This document shows positions 50,178 to 57,854 of a stretch of 64,000 nt of DNA, one piece after another. A program made the translations under genes and the position numbers. Positions within the stretch are counted from its first letter, which is position 1; every line of letters begins with the position of its first letter. Source of the stretch: an uncultured Planctomycetia bacterium. GTDB taxonomy: Bacteria > Omnitrophota > Gorgyraeia > Gorgyraeales > Gorgyraeaceae. The notes below the pieces were generated by a model, which worked only from the letters and a program-made list of their open reading frames with translations, was not told the DNA's origin and did no database searches. The stretch lies in the NCBI GenBank assembly GCA_964652265.1, contig CAZZAL010000004.1, positions 590-64,589 of the forward strand. Reading direction: 5' to 3'.

Positions 50178-52735
50178 TGCACCAAAGACTCCTCTTGGAG
50201 CTCAATAGCATCAGCTATTACGCTTTCTTCTTTATTCAAAACTGTTGCCGTGACAAATATCAGAAGATTCCTACGCTCTACACCTTCGTAACTCTTTTTG
50301 AACAGACCGCCTACAATCGGCAGGTCTCCCAGAAAAGGTACCTTTGTCTTTGTAGTAGTGCTGCTTTCACTTATCAGGCCCCCCATGACAACCGTCTCTC
50401 CGCTTTCAACAATAACACTCGTGCTCAAATTTCTGGTTTTAAAGTTTGGTATCGAAACGCTACCTGAATATGAATATGACGAAGTAGTAGAGTCCTGTTC
50501 GCTCACCTCCGGAGTCAAGGCAAGTGTAATAGTCTTATTATCGACTCCCACGCTTGGCTTAACATGTAAAAGTATACCCACATCCCTTGTTACAAAATCC
50601 TGGGGTATGTTCGCCCATTCTGTCTCTCCTGCATCGTCAAAATCTCCATCGCCATTTATATCATACTGTACCAGACTCACTTCATATCTGGTAGGATATA
50701 TATATTCATCTATAACCTCTATGGTAGCTGCCTGATTATTCAATGTAGTTATCCTGGGAGCGGAAAGGGTTTTTACATTCTGTTTTTGCTCGAATGCGTG
50801 CAATACTGCTTGAAACTGCGGATGCGACAATATCCCCTGATACGTCAAATTAAAACCATAATCCTTGTTGCTAAAATCTGAAAAATCTACTCCGCTCGAA
50901 GAGGCAAATCCATGCTTGTTCTGTTTCGCATTGTTCTGACTAAGGCCAAAATCACTATTCAGTTTCCATTCAAAGCCCAATTCATCAGTATCTGTAATCT
51001 TTATTTCTAAAAATCTCGCCTCTACTGAAATCTGCGTAGGGGTAACATCAAGATTGTAGAGTAGATTTTCTATAATCTCCAGATTCGAAGGGATATTGTT
51101 TACTATAAGAGCTCCTGTCCTATCATCCACAGTCAATTTTGAATCCTTCGGCCAATCCACTGATTCCTCAAGGATATCTTTTATAGTACTAATCTCTGTC
51201 TCGGCAGAACTCCCGCCTTCTTCATCATACGTCCCTGAAAATTCTGCAAACCTGCCTACACCTTGATCCAAAAAATACACCCTTGTCTCTACTTGCTCAT
51301 TGTCCAGCTCTTCCTTTGTAGCCACCCAGACTGCATCTTCCTCTATCCTGTAAATAAGATCCTGCGATTTTAGGATATACCTCAATGCCTCCTCAAGCGG
51401 CATATCCTTTATCTTTATAGTAACCTTTTTCTCCTCCATGTCTATCTCGCCCGAAGGAATGATATTGACCCCGGTAGCATCAGAAAGAAAACTCAAGACA
51501 TAGTCCAGCTCTATGTCTTTAAAATCAACGCTGATCGGAATCTTTAATCTTTTCCTGATCTCAGGAACCCTTACAAGCGTCATCTTATTTTCTTTTTCCA
51601 GAATGCCATATTTTTCCTCAGGGAGTATATGTTTTTTAGCCACCTCTAGGAGCATCTTCTCCTCTGTAATCTCCCTTGCTTTCTTCAATGCTTTTTCCTC
51701 TATCTTTACTTTTTCAATTTCTACATAGTGCTTTATATCCTTAAATCTTTCGTTCTCCGGAAACTCTAACATGGCAGTGCTGAGCGTTTTTTCTGCGTCT
51801 TGGAACCTACGCTCTCCAGCATACGCCCTTATGGCATCCATCAAGCCCTCTACCCTGGCTATCTTTTCTCTTCTTTCCTTAATCCTTAATCTTTCTTCAA
51901 ATATCTTTTTAAGTCTTACTTTTTCTTTTTCTTTTCTTTCTCGCTCAATTTTTCTGCGCTTCTCTTCTATTTCCCTTTGCCTTTCTTCGCGCTCCATCTC
52001 AATCCTGGCAAACCTTGCAGCCTCCATCTTGGCCAAGAGTTCCTTTTCTTCTCCTTTTTTTATCTCCTTTTGAGCCTTATCTATCAATGCCTCGGCTTCA
52101 ATCACCAACCTACTTCTAGAATCAACTTCTTTTATCTTTTTAAATTCTACAATAGCCGCTGGATAATTCCCTTTTTTATAATATTTCATGGCACGCTCAT
52201 ATGTATCTCTGGCTGCCTGGGCTAACCGATATGCCTTCTTTTTCCTGGCCTCTTCTATAGTCATTCGCTTTTCTTTTTCTTCTTTTAAAATCCTTTCCTC
52301 TTGTTCTTTTGCCAATCCTTCTGCTTCTTTCTGCGCTATACGTTTCGCCTCGTCCACGACATCCCTTTTCATCCTAGCCCATTTTCTGTCTTCCAGTATA
52401 AGTAATTCCTTCATCCTTGCCCTGGATTTCTCAATGTAGATCTCTGCGAAAGGCGTAAAATAGGCCTCATTCTGAGATTTTTCTGTCTTGATAAGGGCTT
52501 CGAATACAATGACCGCCTCTTTATACTTTCCAGATTCAAACAAAAACATGGCCTTTTCAAAATATTTCTTCAAATCAGCCTTTGAAAGCCTCGTTACCCT
52601 GCTACCGGGGGAAGAATCCACGAATGCAGATGCTGGGGTACACAAAGACCAGCACAGCGATATTATAAAAATCAAAATGCTTATTGTGTAAACCAACGCC
52701 TTTCTCATTTCTCCCGCCTTCAAGACTTTGTTCAA
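50174..52735 (-). CDS. secretin (PilQ/GspD family) with a ~385-aa N-terminal TPR plus Glu/Arg/Lys-rich helical extension, 853 aa
   Basis: The C-terminal ~470 aa are paralogous to the downstream secretin (VPFLGDLPIVGGLFKKSYEGVERRNLLIFVTATVL). The N-terminus has TPR-like repeats and long ER/K tracts. Confidence 0.85.
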   Translation of the reverse strand: MNKVLKAGEMRKALVYTISILIFIISLCWSLCTPASAFVDSSPGSRVTRLSKADLKKYFEKAMFLFESGKYKEAVIVFEALIKTEKSQNEAYFTPFAEIYIEKSRARMKELLILEDRKWARMKRDVVDEAKRIAQKEAEGLAKEQEERILKEEKEKRMTIEEARKKKAYRLAQAARDTYERAMKYYKKGNYPAAIVEFKKIKEVDSRSRLVIEAEALIDKAQKEIKKGEEKELLAKMEAARFARIEMEREERQREIEEKRRKIERERKEKEKVRLKKIFEERLRIKERREKIARVEGLMDAIRAYAGERRFQDAEKTLSTAMLEFPENERFKDIKHYVEIEKVKIEEKALKKAREITEEKMLLEVAKKHILPEEKYGILEKENKMTLVRVPEIRKRLKIPISVDFKDIELDYVLSFLSDATGVNIIPSGEIDMEEKKVTIKIKDMPLEEALRYILKSQDLIYRIEEDAVWVATKEELDNEQVETRVYFLDQGVGRFAEFSGTYDEEGGSSAETEISTIKDILEESVDWPKDSKLTVDDRTGALIVNNIPSNLEIIENLLYNLDVTPTQISVEARFLEIKITDTDELGFEWKLNSDFGLSQNNAKQNKHGFASSSGVDFSDFSNKDYGFNLTYQGILSHPQFQAVLHAFEQKQNVKTLSAPRITTLNNQAATIEVIDEYIYPTRYEVSLVQYDINGDGDFDDAGETEWANIPQDFVTRDVGILLHVKPSVGVDNKTITLALTPEVSEQDSTTSSYSYSGSVSIPNFKTRNLSTSVIVESGETVVMGGLISESSTTTKTKVPFLGDLPIVGGLFKKSYEGVERRNLLIFVTATVLNKEESVIADAIELQEESLVQ

Positions 52736-52758
52736 AGCCAGGCCTTGAACAGTTTGAA

Positions 52759-53313
52759 CTACTCTTCGCTTGGCCCTTCTTCTTTCTTTTCCTGTTCCCT
52801 TTTGGAAGAGCTCAATATGACCTCTTCCCCGCCTTTTTTCCTAAGCACTACCTCTTTCTCATCTATGGTAACCACAAGAAAATCTCCTACCATATCGCCT
52901 TCCTGTACAAAAAAACTTTTTCCGGTACCTTGGTCTTCAATAACAACCATGATCTTTGAACCCATCATTGCCTTACCTTTATATTTAAGTATTACCTTTT
53001 TTGGTTCTTCCTTTTTAAGAGGTATCACTTCTACCTTTTTAATCTCTGAAACATCCCTAACCCTAAAAAATGGGCTTCTTTTCAAAAGAAGTTCATACAT
53101 ATCCAGGTTATCTTCTGTCTTAAGCATCTTAACATCCAATTTATCTTTTTTCGCCTTTTTCTTGGCTCTGCTTTTTTTCGTCGCCACCTCGATCTCTTTT
53201 AATAAATCCTTTGTCGCCCCTTCCTTTTTTCCCTGTGAAACAAAGCCAAAAACCAGCATACCTATAAATACAGCAGCAAGCGGCCAGAAAACAAGCTTTT
53301 CTTTTACTATCAT
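52759..53313 (-). CDS. PilP-like (or GspC HR-domain-like) pilus assembly protein
   Basis: 184 aa. TM anchor, Lys-rich linker, and C-terminal beta domain ...KGKAMMGSKIMVVIEDQGTGKSFFVQEGDMVGDFLVVTIDEKEVVL. Confidence 0.5.
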   Translation of the reverse strand: MIVKEKLVFWPLAAVFIGMLVFGFVSQGKKEGATKDLLKEIEVATKKSRAKKKAKKDKLDVKMLKTEDNLDMYELLLKRSPFFRVRDVSEIKKVEVIPLKKEEPKKVILKYKGKAMMGSKIMVVIEDQGTGKSFFVQEGDMVGDFLVVTIDEKEVVLRKKGGEEVILSSSKREQEKKEEGPSEE

Positions 53314-54071
53314 TCTGTTGCCCTCGCTACTCTAAACGTGCTTAAAACCAAGCTCGCCTCTATATCACCAGTCTCCATGTCGCTGCTTTTTATATGCACC
53401 TCTTTTACTGAAACCACCGGACTCTGATTCTTGAGCTCCAATAAAAGATCTATAAGAGTCTCTGTGTCTGTCCTTATCGAAATCTGAACAGGTATCTCAG
53501 TATAAAATACCTCTTTACTTAAAGGTTCTATATAATCTATTGACTTGAGAGGCTTTATGGCAGAAAATTCTATCAGTTCGCTTTTCAATAAAATATCCAC
53601 CACAAACTCTGCTGTCTCAAGCTGCCTTAAAAGAGTATCGACCATGCGTTCTTTAGGGAGTCCATCGCCAAATCCCAGATTTTCAGGTATCTTTATTTCG
53701 CTCGATGCTGCTTCGTCAGAAAATCTCTTCATCGAACCATGAAGTCTCTCTATAAAATAAAGGCCTGCCTCTGTGCTGGCCTCTGAAATCCGATTCTTTT
53801 CAGGATCCACAAAATCTGCGAGTTCTTTTAGTTTATTCTCTATCGCCTCATTTTGTTCTTCAAGTTTATCAAAGCCTTCTTTTGAAGGTAATGAGCCTGT
53901 GCGCGCAATGTACTTTTTTATATCTCCGGTCTTGCGCTCTAATTCTTCTTCTAGGATAGTACTACCTTCTTTTAAAAATGGGTTCAGGACAAAAAAGTAT
54001 AACGCCGCTATAACGCCAACAGCTATCACGCCCTGTTTCAAGATCGCCCTTTCTCTCGGAGAATTTAACAT
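53310..54071 (-). CDS. PilO-like pilus assembly protein
   Basis: 253 aa. N-terminal TM helix, coiled coil and a C-terminal ferredoxin-like segment. Position matches the pilM-N-O-P-Q order. Confidence 0.55.
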   Translation of the reverse strand: MLNSPRERAILKQGVIAVGVIAALYFFVLNPFLKEGSTILEEELERKTGDIKKYIARTGSLPSKEGFDKLEEQNEAIENKLKELADFVDPEKNRISEASTEAGLYFIERLHGSMKRFSDEAASSEIKIPENLGFGDGLPKERMVDTLLRQLETAEFVVDILLKSELIEFSAIKPLKSIDYIEPLSKEVFYTEIPVQISIRTDTETLIDLLLELKNQSPVVSVKEVHIKSSDMETGDIEASLVLSTFRVARATE

Positions 54072-54074
54072 CTT

Positions 54075-55601
54075 CTATTCCCCTCCTACCACAACATCCA
54101 TAGTTATGCTAAACCGAACTATCTCCTCGCCTGTATCCTCATCTGTCTCTATAGAAGAGGATACGGGTTTTACATCCTTAAAAATAGGTGATGACTTAAG
54201 ACTTGAAACAAAATTATTAACAGACTGATATGATAAGGCCCTGCCGCTTAAATCTAGCCTCCCGGGCCCACTCTTCTCTAAAGAAACTATACCCGAAAGA
54301 TCTGTTACCCACAACTCTTTAGGCAATATTTCTGAGGTTACATCCAAGACATCAAGCCATATAGCCCTGGAATCCGCCACCTGATATAATATATTAATCT
54401 TTTCCTTAAGTATATCCTCGGCGTCCTGCATCTTCTTTATCTTTGGCTCATAGGTCCTATATATCCCCAGCATCTCATCGATCTTTCCCATTTTCATTCT
54501 CTTTACAGAATAATCCTGCCTTGTAAAAATTGAAAAACTCACCAGTATCAACACTGCCATGGCTGCTGAAAAACGCGCGTAAAGGGACTTCTGAGCAAAA
54601 AGATGTCTTTCTGTCGTTATCTCTTTTAAAAAATTTACCTCTATTCTTAATGGTGTAAGGCCTCTAAGCGCAAGCCCGATCGCTACTGCAAGCTGGTTTT
54701 TGACGCTCTCTTCTCCTACATTCGAAAATATATCCTTGGATATCCTTAATTTTCTGAACGGGTCCATGACTTTTGTTTTTAGTCCAAACTTTGAAGCCAA
54801 TTTTGACTCCAACCCATCTATTAAACTACCTCCACCTGTCAATATCAACTCGTCCGGTTTGGTTTCCTCTTTTGATTCCTCTGTACCCTGCATGGAATAA
54901 TATTCTATTGACCGCTCTATCTCGCCCATAAACTCCTCGATGCCCTGCTCGCCAGTCTCCTGGATCTTCTCGCTTGCAATCGGAAAACTTCTTATCCAGA
55001 TATTTCCCTGCTTAAATATAACCAGGTTACTGGCCTTTGCTCCGATATCAAGAATAAGGCCAAGATTCCTACCATCACAATCCTCGTTGAATGACAGAGA
55101 ATTATATAAAGCGATAGGAGAAACATCGATTAATGTGGCTGATAACTTTATGGCCTTCAGTTTCAAAACAATATCTTCTACAAGGTTTTTCTTTATCGCT
55201 ACTATAACCGCCTTTTTTGTGATCTTCTTATCTCTATCCAACAAGGACCAATCCCATGCCACCTCATTCAGGGGAAACGGTATCTGGTTCTGCGCCTCAA
55301 ATTTCATTGTCTGCTTTAGTTTTTCCTCTTTCATCTGGAGGAGTTTCACAAACCTTACAAAGACAGACTGGCCTCCCGCTGAGATATTTACCTGACGCGC
55401 CTTTATATTATTTTCTGAAAATAACTGCGCTATTAATTGAAAAATAGTCTTATCTTTGCCTGTCTTTAAATCCTTTGGTATTTCTTTTATTCCAAATTTA
55501 TGCAATATAATAGAGTCTCCGCTCTTCTTAAGCTCCACAAGCTTTATATAGCGACTACCTATATCCAACCCTATTGAAGATTTTACTCTTCCAGACATCA
55601 T
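54075..55601 (-). CDS. PilM-PilN fusion (actin-like ATPase domain + TM + PilN-like domain)
   Basis: 508 aa. SIGLDIGSRYIKLVELKK is the PilM N-terminus. A TM helix lies near residue 345, followed by a coiled coil and a fimbrial-assembly-like domain. Confidence 0.75.
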   Translation of the reverse strand: MMSGRVKSSIGLDIGSRYIKLVELKKSGDSIILHKFGIKEIPKDLKTGKDKTIFQLIAQLFSENNIKARQVNISAGGQSVFVRFVKLLQMKEEKLKQTMKFEAQNQIPFPLNEVAWDWSLLDRDKKITKKAVIVAIKKNLVEDIVLKLKAIKLSATLIDVSPIALYNSLSFNEDCDGRNLGLILDIGAKASNLVIFKQGNIWIRSFPIASEKIQETGEQGIEEFMGEIERSIEYYSMQGTEESKEETKPDELILTGGGSLIDGLESKLASKFGLKTKVMDPFRKLRISKDIFSNVGEESVKNQLAVAIGLALRGLTPLRIEVNFLKEITTERHLFAQKSLYARFSAAMAVLILVSFSIFTRQDYSVKRMKMGKIDEMLGIYRTYEPKIKKMQDAEDILKEKINILYQVADSRAIWLDVLDVTSEILPKELWVTDLSGIVSLEKSGPGRLDLSGRALSYQSVNNFVSSLKSSPIFKDVKPVSSSIETDEDTGEEIVRFSITMDVVVGGE

Positions 55602-55786
55602 CTTGTCCTTCCCATTATGCCTCTGAGCTTTTTTATCTCATCTTCTGTATATTCACGCCACCCATTCAGCACATTCCTCTTGGGTCTTGGAAATACCTTC
55701 TTATTCTCATAGCGAATCAAAGTCTGTTTGGATATCCCCAGAAATTGCGCAGCCTCTGTTGCTGAATAGTATCTTGCTTTATTCAT
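55598..55786 (-). CDS. small MerR-superfamily / excisionase-type HTH protein (62 aa)
   Basis: YYSATEAAQFLGISKQTLIRYENKKVFP is an HTH_17/MerR-like motif. It overlaps pilMN by 4 nt. Confidence 0.7.
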   Translation of the reverse strand: MNKARYYSATEAAQFLGISKQTLIRYENKKVFPRPKRNVLNGWREYTEDEIKKLRGIMGRTR

Positions 55787-55839
55787 CCTGCTCCACTCCT
55801 CTTATCTAGCTTGAGGCTTCTGCTACCTCAAGTCAGGCT

Positions 55840-55881
55840 AAAAACCCCCTATTCAAAACCCTGATACAGGTTGATAGGGGG
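55840..55881 (-). terminator. terminator-like hairpin in the leader of the pilus operon
   Basis: Minus strand reads CCCCCTAT-21 nt-ATAGGGGG followed by TTTTT. It lies between the predicted promoter and the HTH start codon. Confidence 0.45.
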
Positions 55882-55888
55882 TGGTATA

Positions 55889-55917
55889 ACTATATACTAT
55901 CAGATAGTATTTGTCAA
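55889..55917 (-). promoter_or_regulatory. sigma70-like promoter with a perfect 15-bp palindrome in the spacer
   Basis: Minus strand reads TTGACA-17 nt-TATAGT. The spacer contains TACTATC-T-GATAGTA (55895-55909). Confidence 0.55.
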
Positions 55918-55998
55918 GGATGGTAGAAAAATAGTGGCATATACAATGTTGAATATATAACGTAACTATTTGTAAACAAAGGGATTACGTAAGGTAGG

Positions 55999-57801
55999 CT
56001 ATTCTTTCTTCCAGAAGCGAAATGGTCGCCTCTTGGGTATTCCTGGCTTTACAACACCCTCACCTATAGTCCAGGTCCTTTCTTCTGGCACTGGGTCTAT
56101 CTCATCAGTATCGATCTGGCCATTATTATTCACGTCCTTTGCTGCCTGGACCTTAAAATAATGATTACCTTCTGTCAAATCCTGCTTCTTCACAGATCTA
56201 TCTACAGACCAATCTGACCATTCTTCATCGTCAAACTTCCATCTAAAGACACAGCCATCCACAGTAGACTTAAAGGTAAATAGTGCCTCAGTAGATCTTG
56301 TCACCATGCTCGGTCCACTGGTTATTATGGTATCCGGGGCTATTATAATAAGCTCTATAGTATCGCTGAATATCTGCGATTCATTACCAGCAGTATCCTT
56401 GAACTTGACATAGACCTTTCTGGTGCCGCTTATCGCCGGAAGCATCCAATTGTCCCTCTTCGCGCTAAAGGTCTCCCATGACTCTGTATCAAAAACACCA
56501 TCATTTGATATAGACATGCTTTCGACATCTGTAGTAGAATCGCCTGCTGTAAGGATAAGATCTACATATACAGAATTCGTAAGGGCATCCTGATTATTTA
56601 CAATTATCGAACCCGTAGGCCCTTTTGTATCAACGACGAAACTCCATACAAGAGGTGCGGTTTTGTTCCCGACAAGGTCAGAGACTTGGAGAGCTATAAC
56701 ATTATCACCTTCGCTTAAACGAACAGATGGTATATACACAACCTCTCCTGCGCCATCGTCATAAGTCGCGCCAACGCTTGATTTATTTATAGTCATATCT
56801 ATGCCATCCGAGTTCACACCGCTCTTATCATCTGAAACTCTGATGGAAATCACAGGTACATCTGTCGATATGATAGAACTATTAGAAGGAGAATATGCTC
56901 CCACAACTGGAACACCTCTATCTATCCATATCTCAAAAGATGCCATATCGCTCCAGTTGCCGCCTGTGTTCTGCGCTGTAAGGTTAAAAACTCTCACGCC
57001 ATCTTCCAGTAAATCACCAGGGGTCTGATAAGAAACATCATTTGTGTCAATCTGATCATCAGGCGTGCTACCCCATGCATAACTATAACCGACTACCCTC
57101 GCGCCAGTAACCGGATACTCCCAGTACATGTAAGGCGTAGGACAATCCTGCCATAATTTAGCAGAAATATCTTCGCCTGCAGGAGAAACCTTTGCCCAGA
57201 TAACAGGGACCTCCATGTCTGAGGTAATAAGCCTGAACCCGTCTATCGCAGTCTCCCATCCTGAATAATCATAACCATCATTAACCCTGACCCGCCACCT
57301 GTAAGTAACAGATGCCTCTTCTGTAGGAAGTACAGGAGTAGTAAAGCTATCATCATCTGATTCTATAAGTCCTGAATCCACTATATTAGTAACAAAATTA
57401 TTCTTTGAGACTTGAACTTGATAATAAATCTGTGTATCAGCATCTTTATCATTATATGTCCACGATAATGTAGGAGTATCATCATCTATCAACGCGCCAT
57501 CATTATAAGATGCTATGCTAACATTGGGTATGGTATTCATGGCAGAAAGCCATCCTGAATATATCTTATAGCTAGTCCCAGTGGCAACCGAGGTGCCTAC
57601 AGGAGATCCAACGCTATTCTCAGCACTATAAGTTGCCGAGCTGCCGCTTGAGCCTCCGCCGTCCAGCATGCCAGTATGGAGTTTATAATTTTCACTGCTA
57701 GAGAGGCTGGCAGAGCTGACTCCTGAAAAAATAAAAAAAGCCGCTACAAAAAATACAGCGGTTTTAATAAAAACATCTTGTTTACCTTTTAAAGTATCCA
57801 T
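55999..57801 (-). CDS. secreted multi-domain (Ig/FN3-like) protein, adhesin-like
   Basis: 600 aa. Signal peptide, a Gly/Ser-rich N-terminal module with repeated S-x-Y motifs, then several ~90-aa beta-sandwich-like segments. Confidence 0.55.
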   Translation of the reverse strand: MDTLKGKQDVFIKTAVFFVAAFFIFSGVSSASLSSSENYKLHTGMLDGGGSSGSSATYSAENSVGSPVGTSVATGTSYKIYSGWLSAMNTIPNVSIASYNDGALIDDDTPTLSWTYNDKDADTQIYYQVQVSKNNFVTNIVDSGLIESDDDSFTTPVLPTEEASVTYRWRVRVNDGYDYSGWETAIDGFRLITSDMEVPVIWAKVSPAGEDISAKLWQDCPTPYMYWEYPVTGARVVGYSYAWGSTPDDQIDTNDVSYQTPGDLLEDGVRVFNLTAQNTGGNWSDMASFEIWIDRGVPVVGAYSPSNSSIISTDVPVISIRVSDDKSGVNSDGIDMTINKSSVGATYDDGAGEVVYIPSVRLSEGDNVIALQVSDLVGNKTAPLVWSFVVDTKGPTGSIIVNNQDALTNSVYVDLILTAGDSTTDVESMSISNDGVFDTESWETFSAKRDNWMLPAISGTRKVYVKFKDTAGNESQIFSDTIELIIIAPDTIITSGPSMVTRSTEALFTFKSTVDGCVFRWKFDDEEWSDWSVDRSVKKQDLTEGNHYFKVQAAKDVNNNGQIDTDEIDPVPEERTWTIGEGVVKPGIPKRRPFRFWKKE

Positions 57802-57854
57802 ATCCTATATATGATTATAGCGGCTTAATACATATATGCAAGCATAAATTTCAC

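Noticed and set aside
51836-52435. Purine/pyrimidine-biased, repetitive-looking DNA, considered as a possible tandem repeat or CRISPR-like array
   Set aside because: There is no fixed-period repeat unit and no spacers. The bias is fully explained by the Glu/Arg/Lys-rich coding sequence of the long secretin.
52745-53335. 196-aa plus-strand ORF
   Set aside because: It lies antisense to the PilP-like gene within a tightly coupled operon. It is Ser/Phe/Leu-rich with no start-site support.
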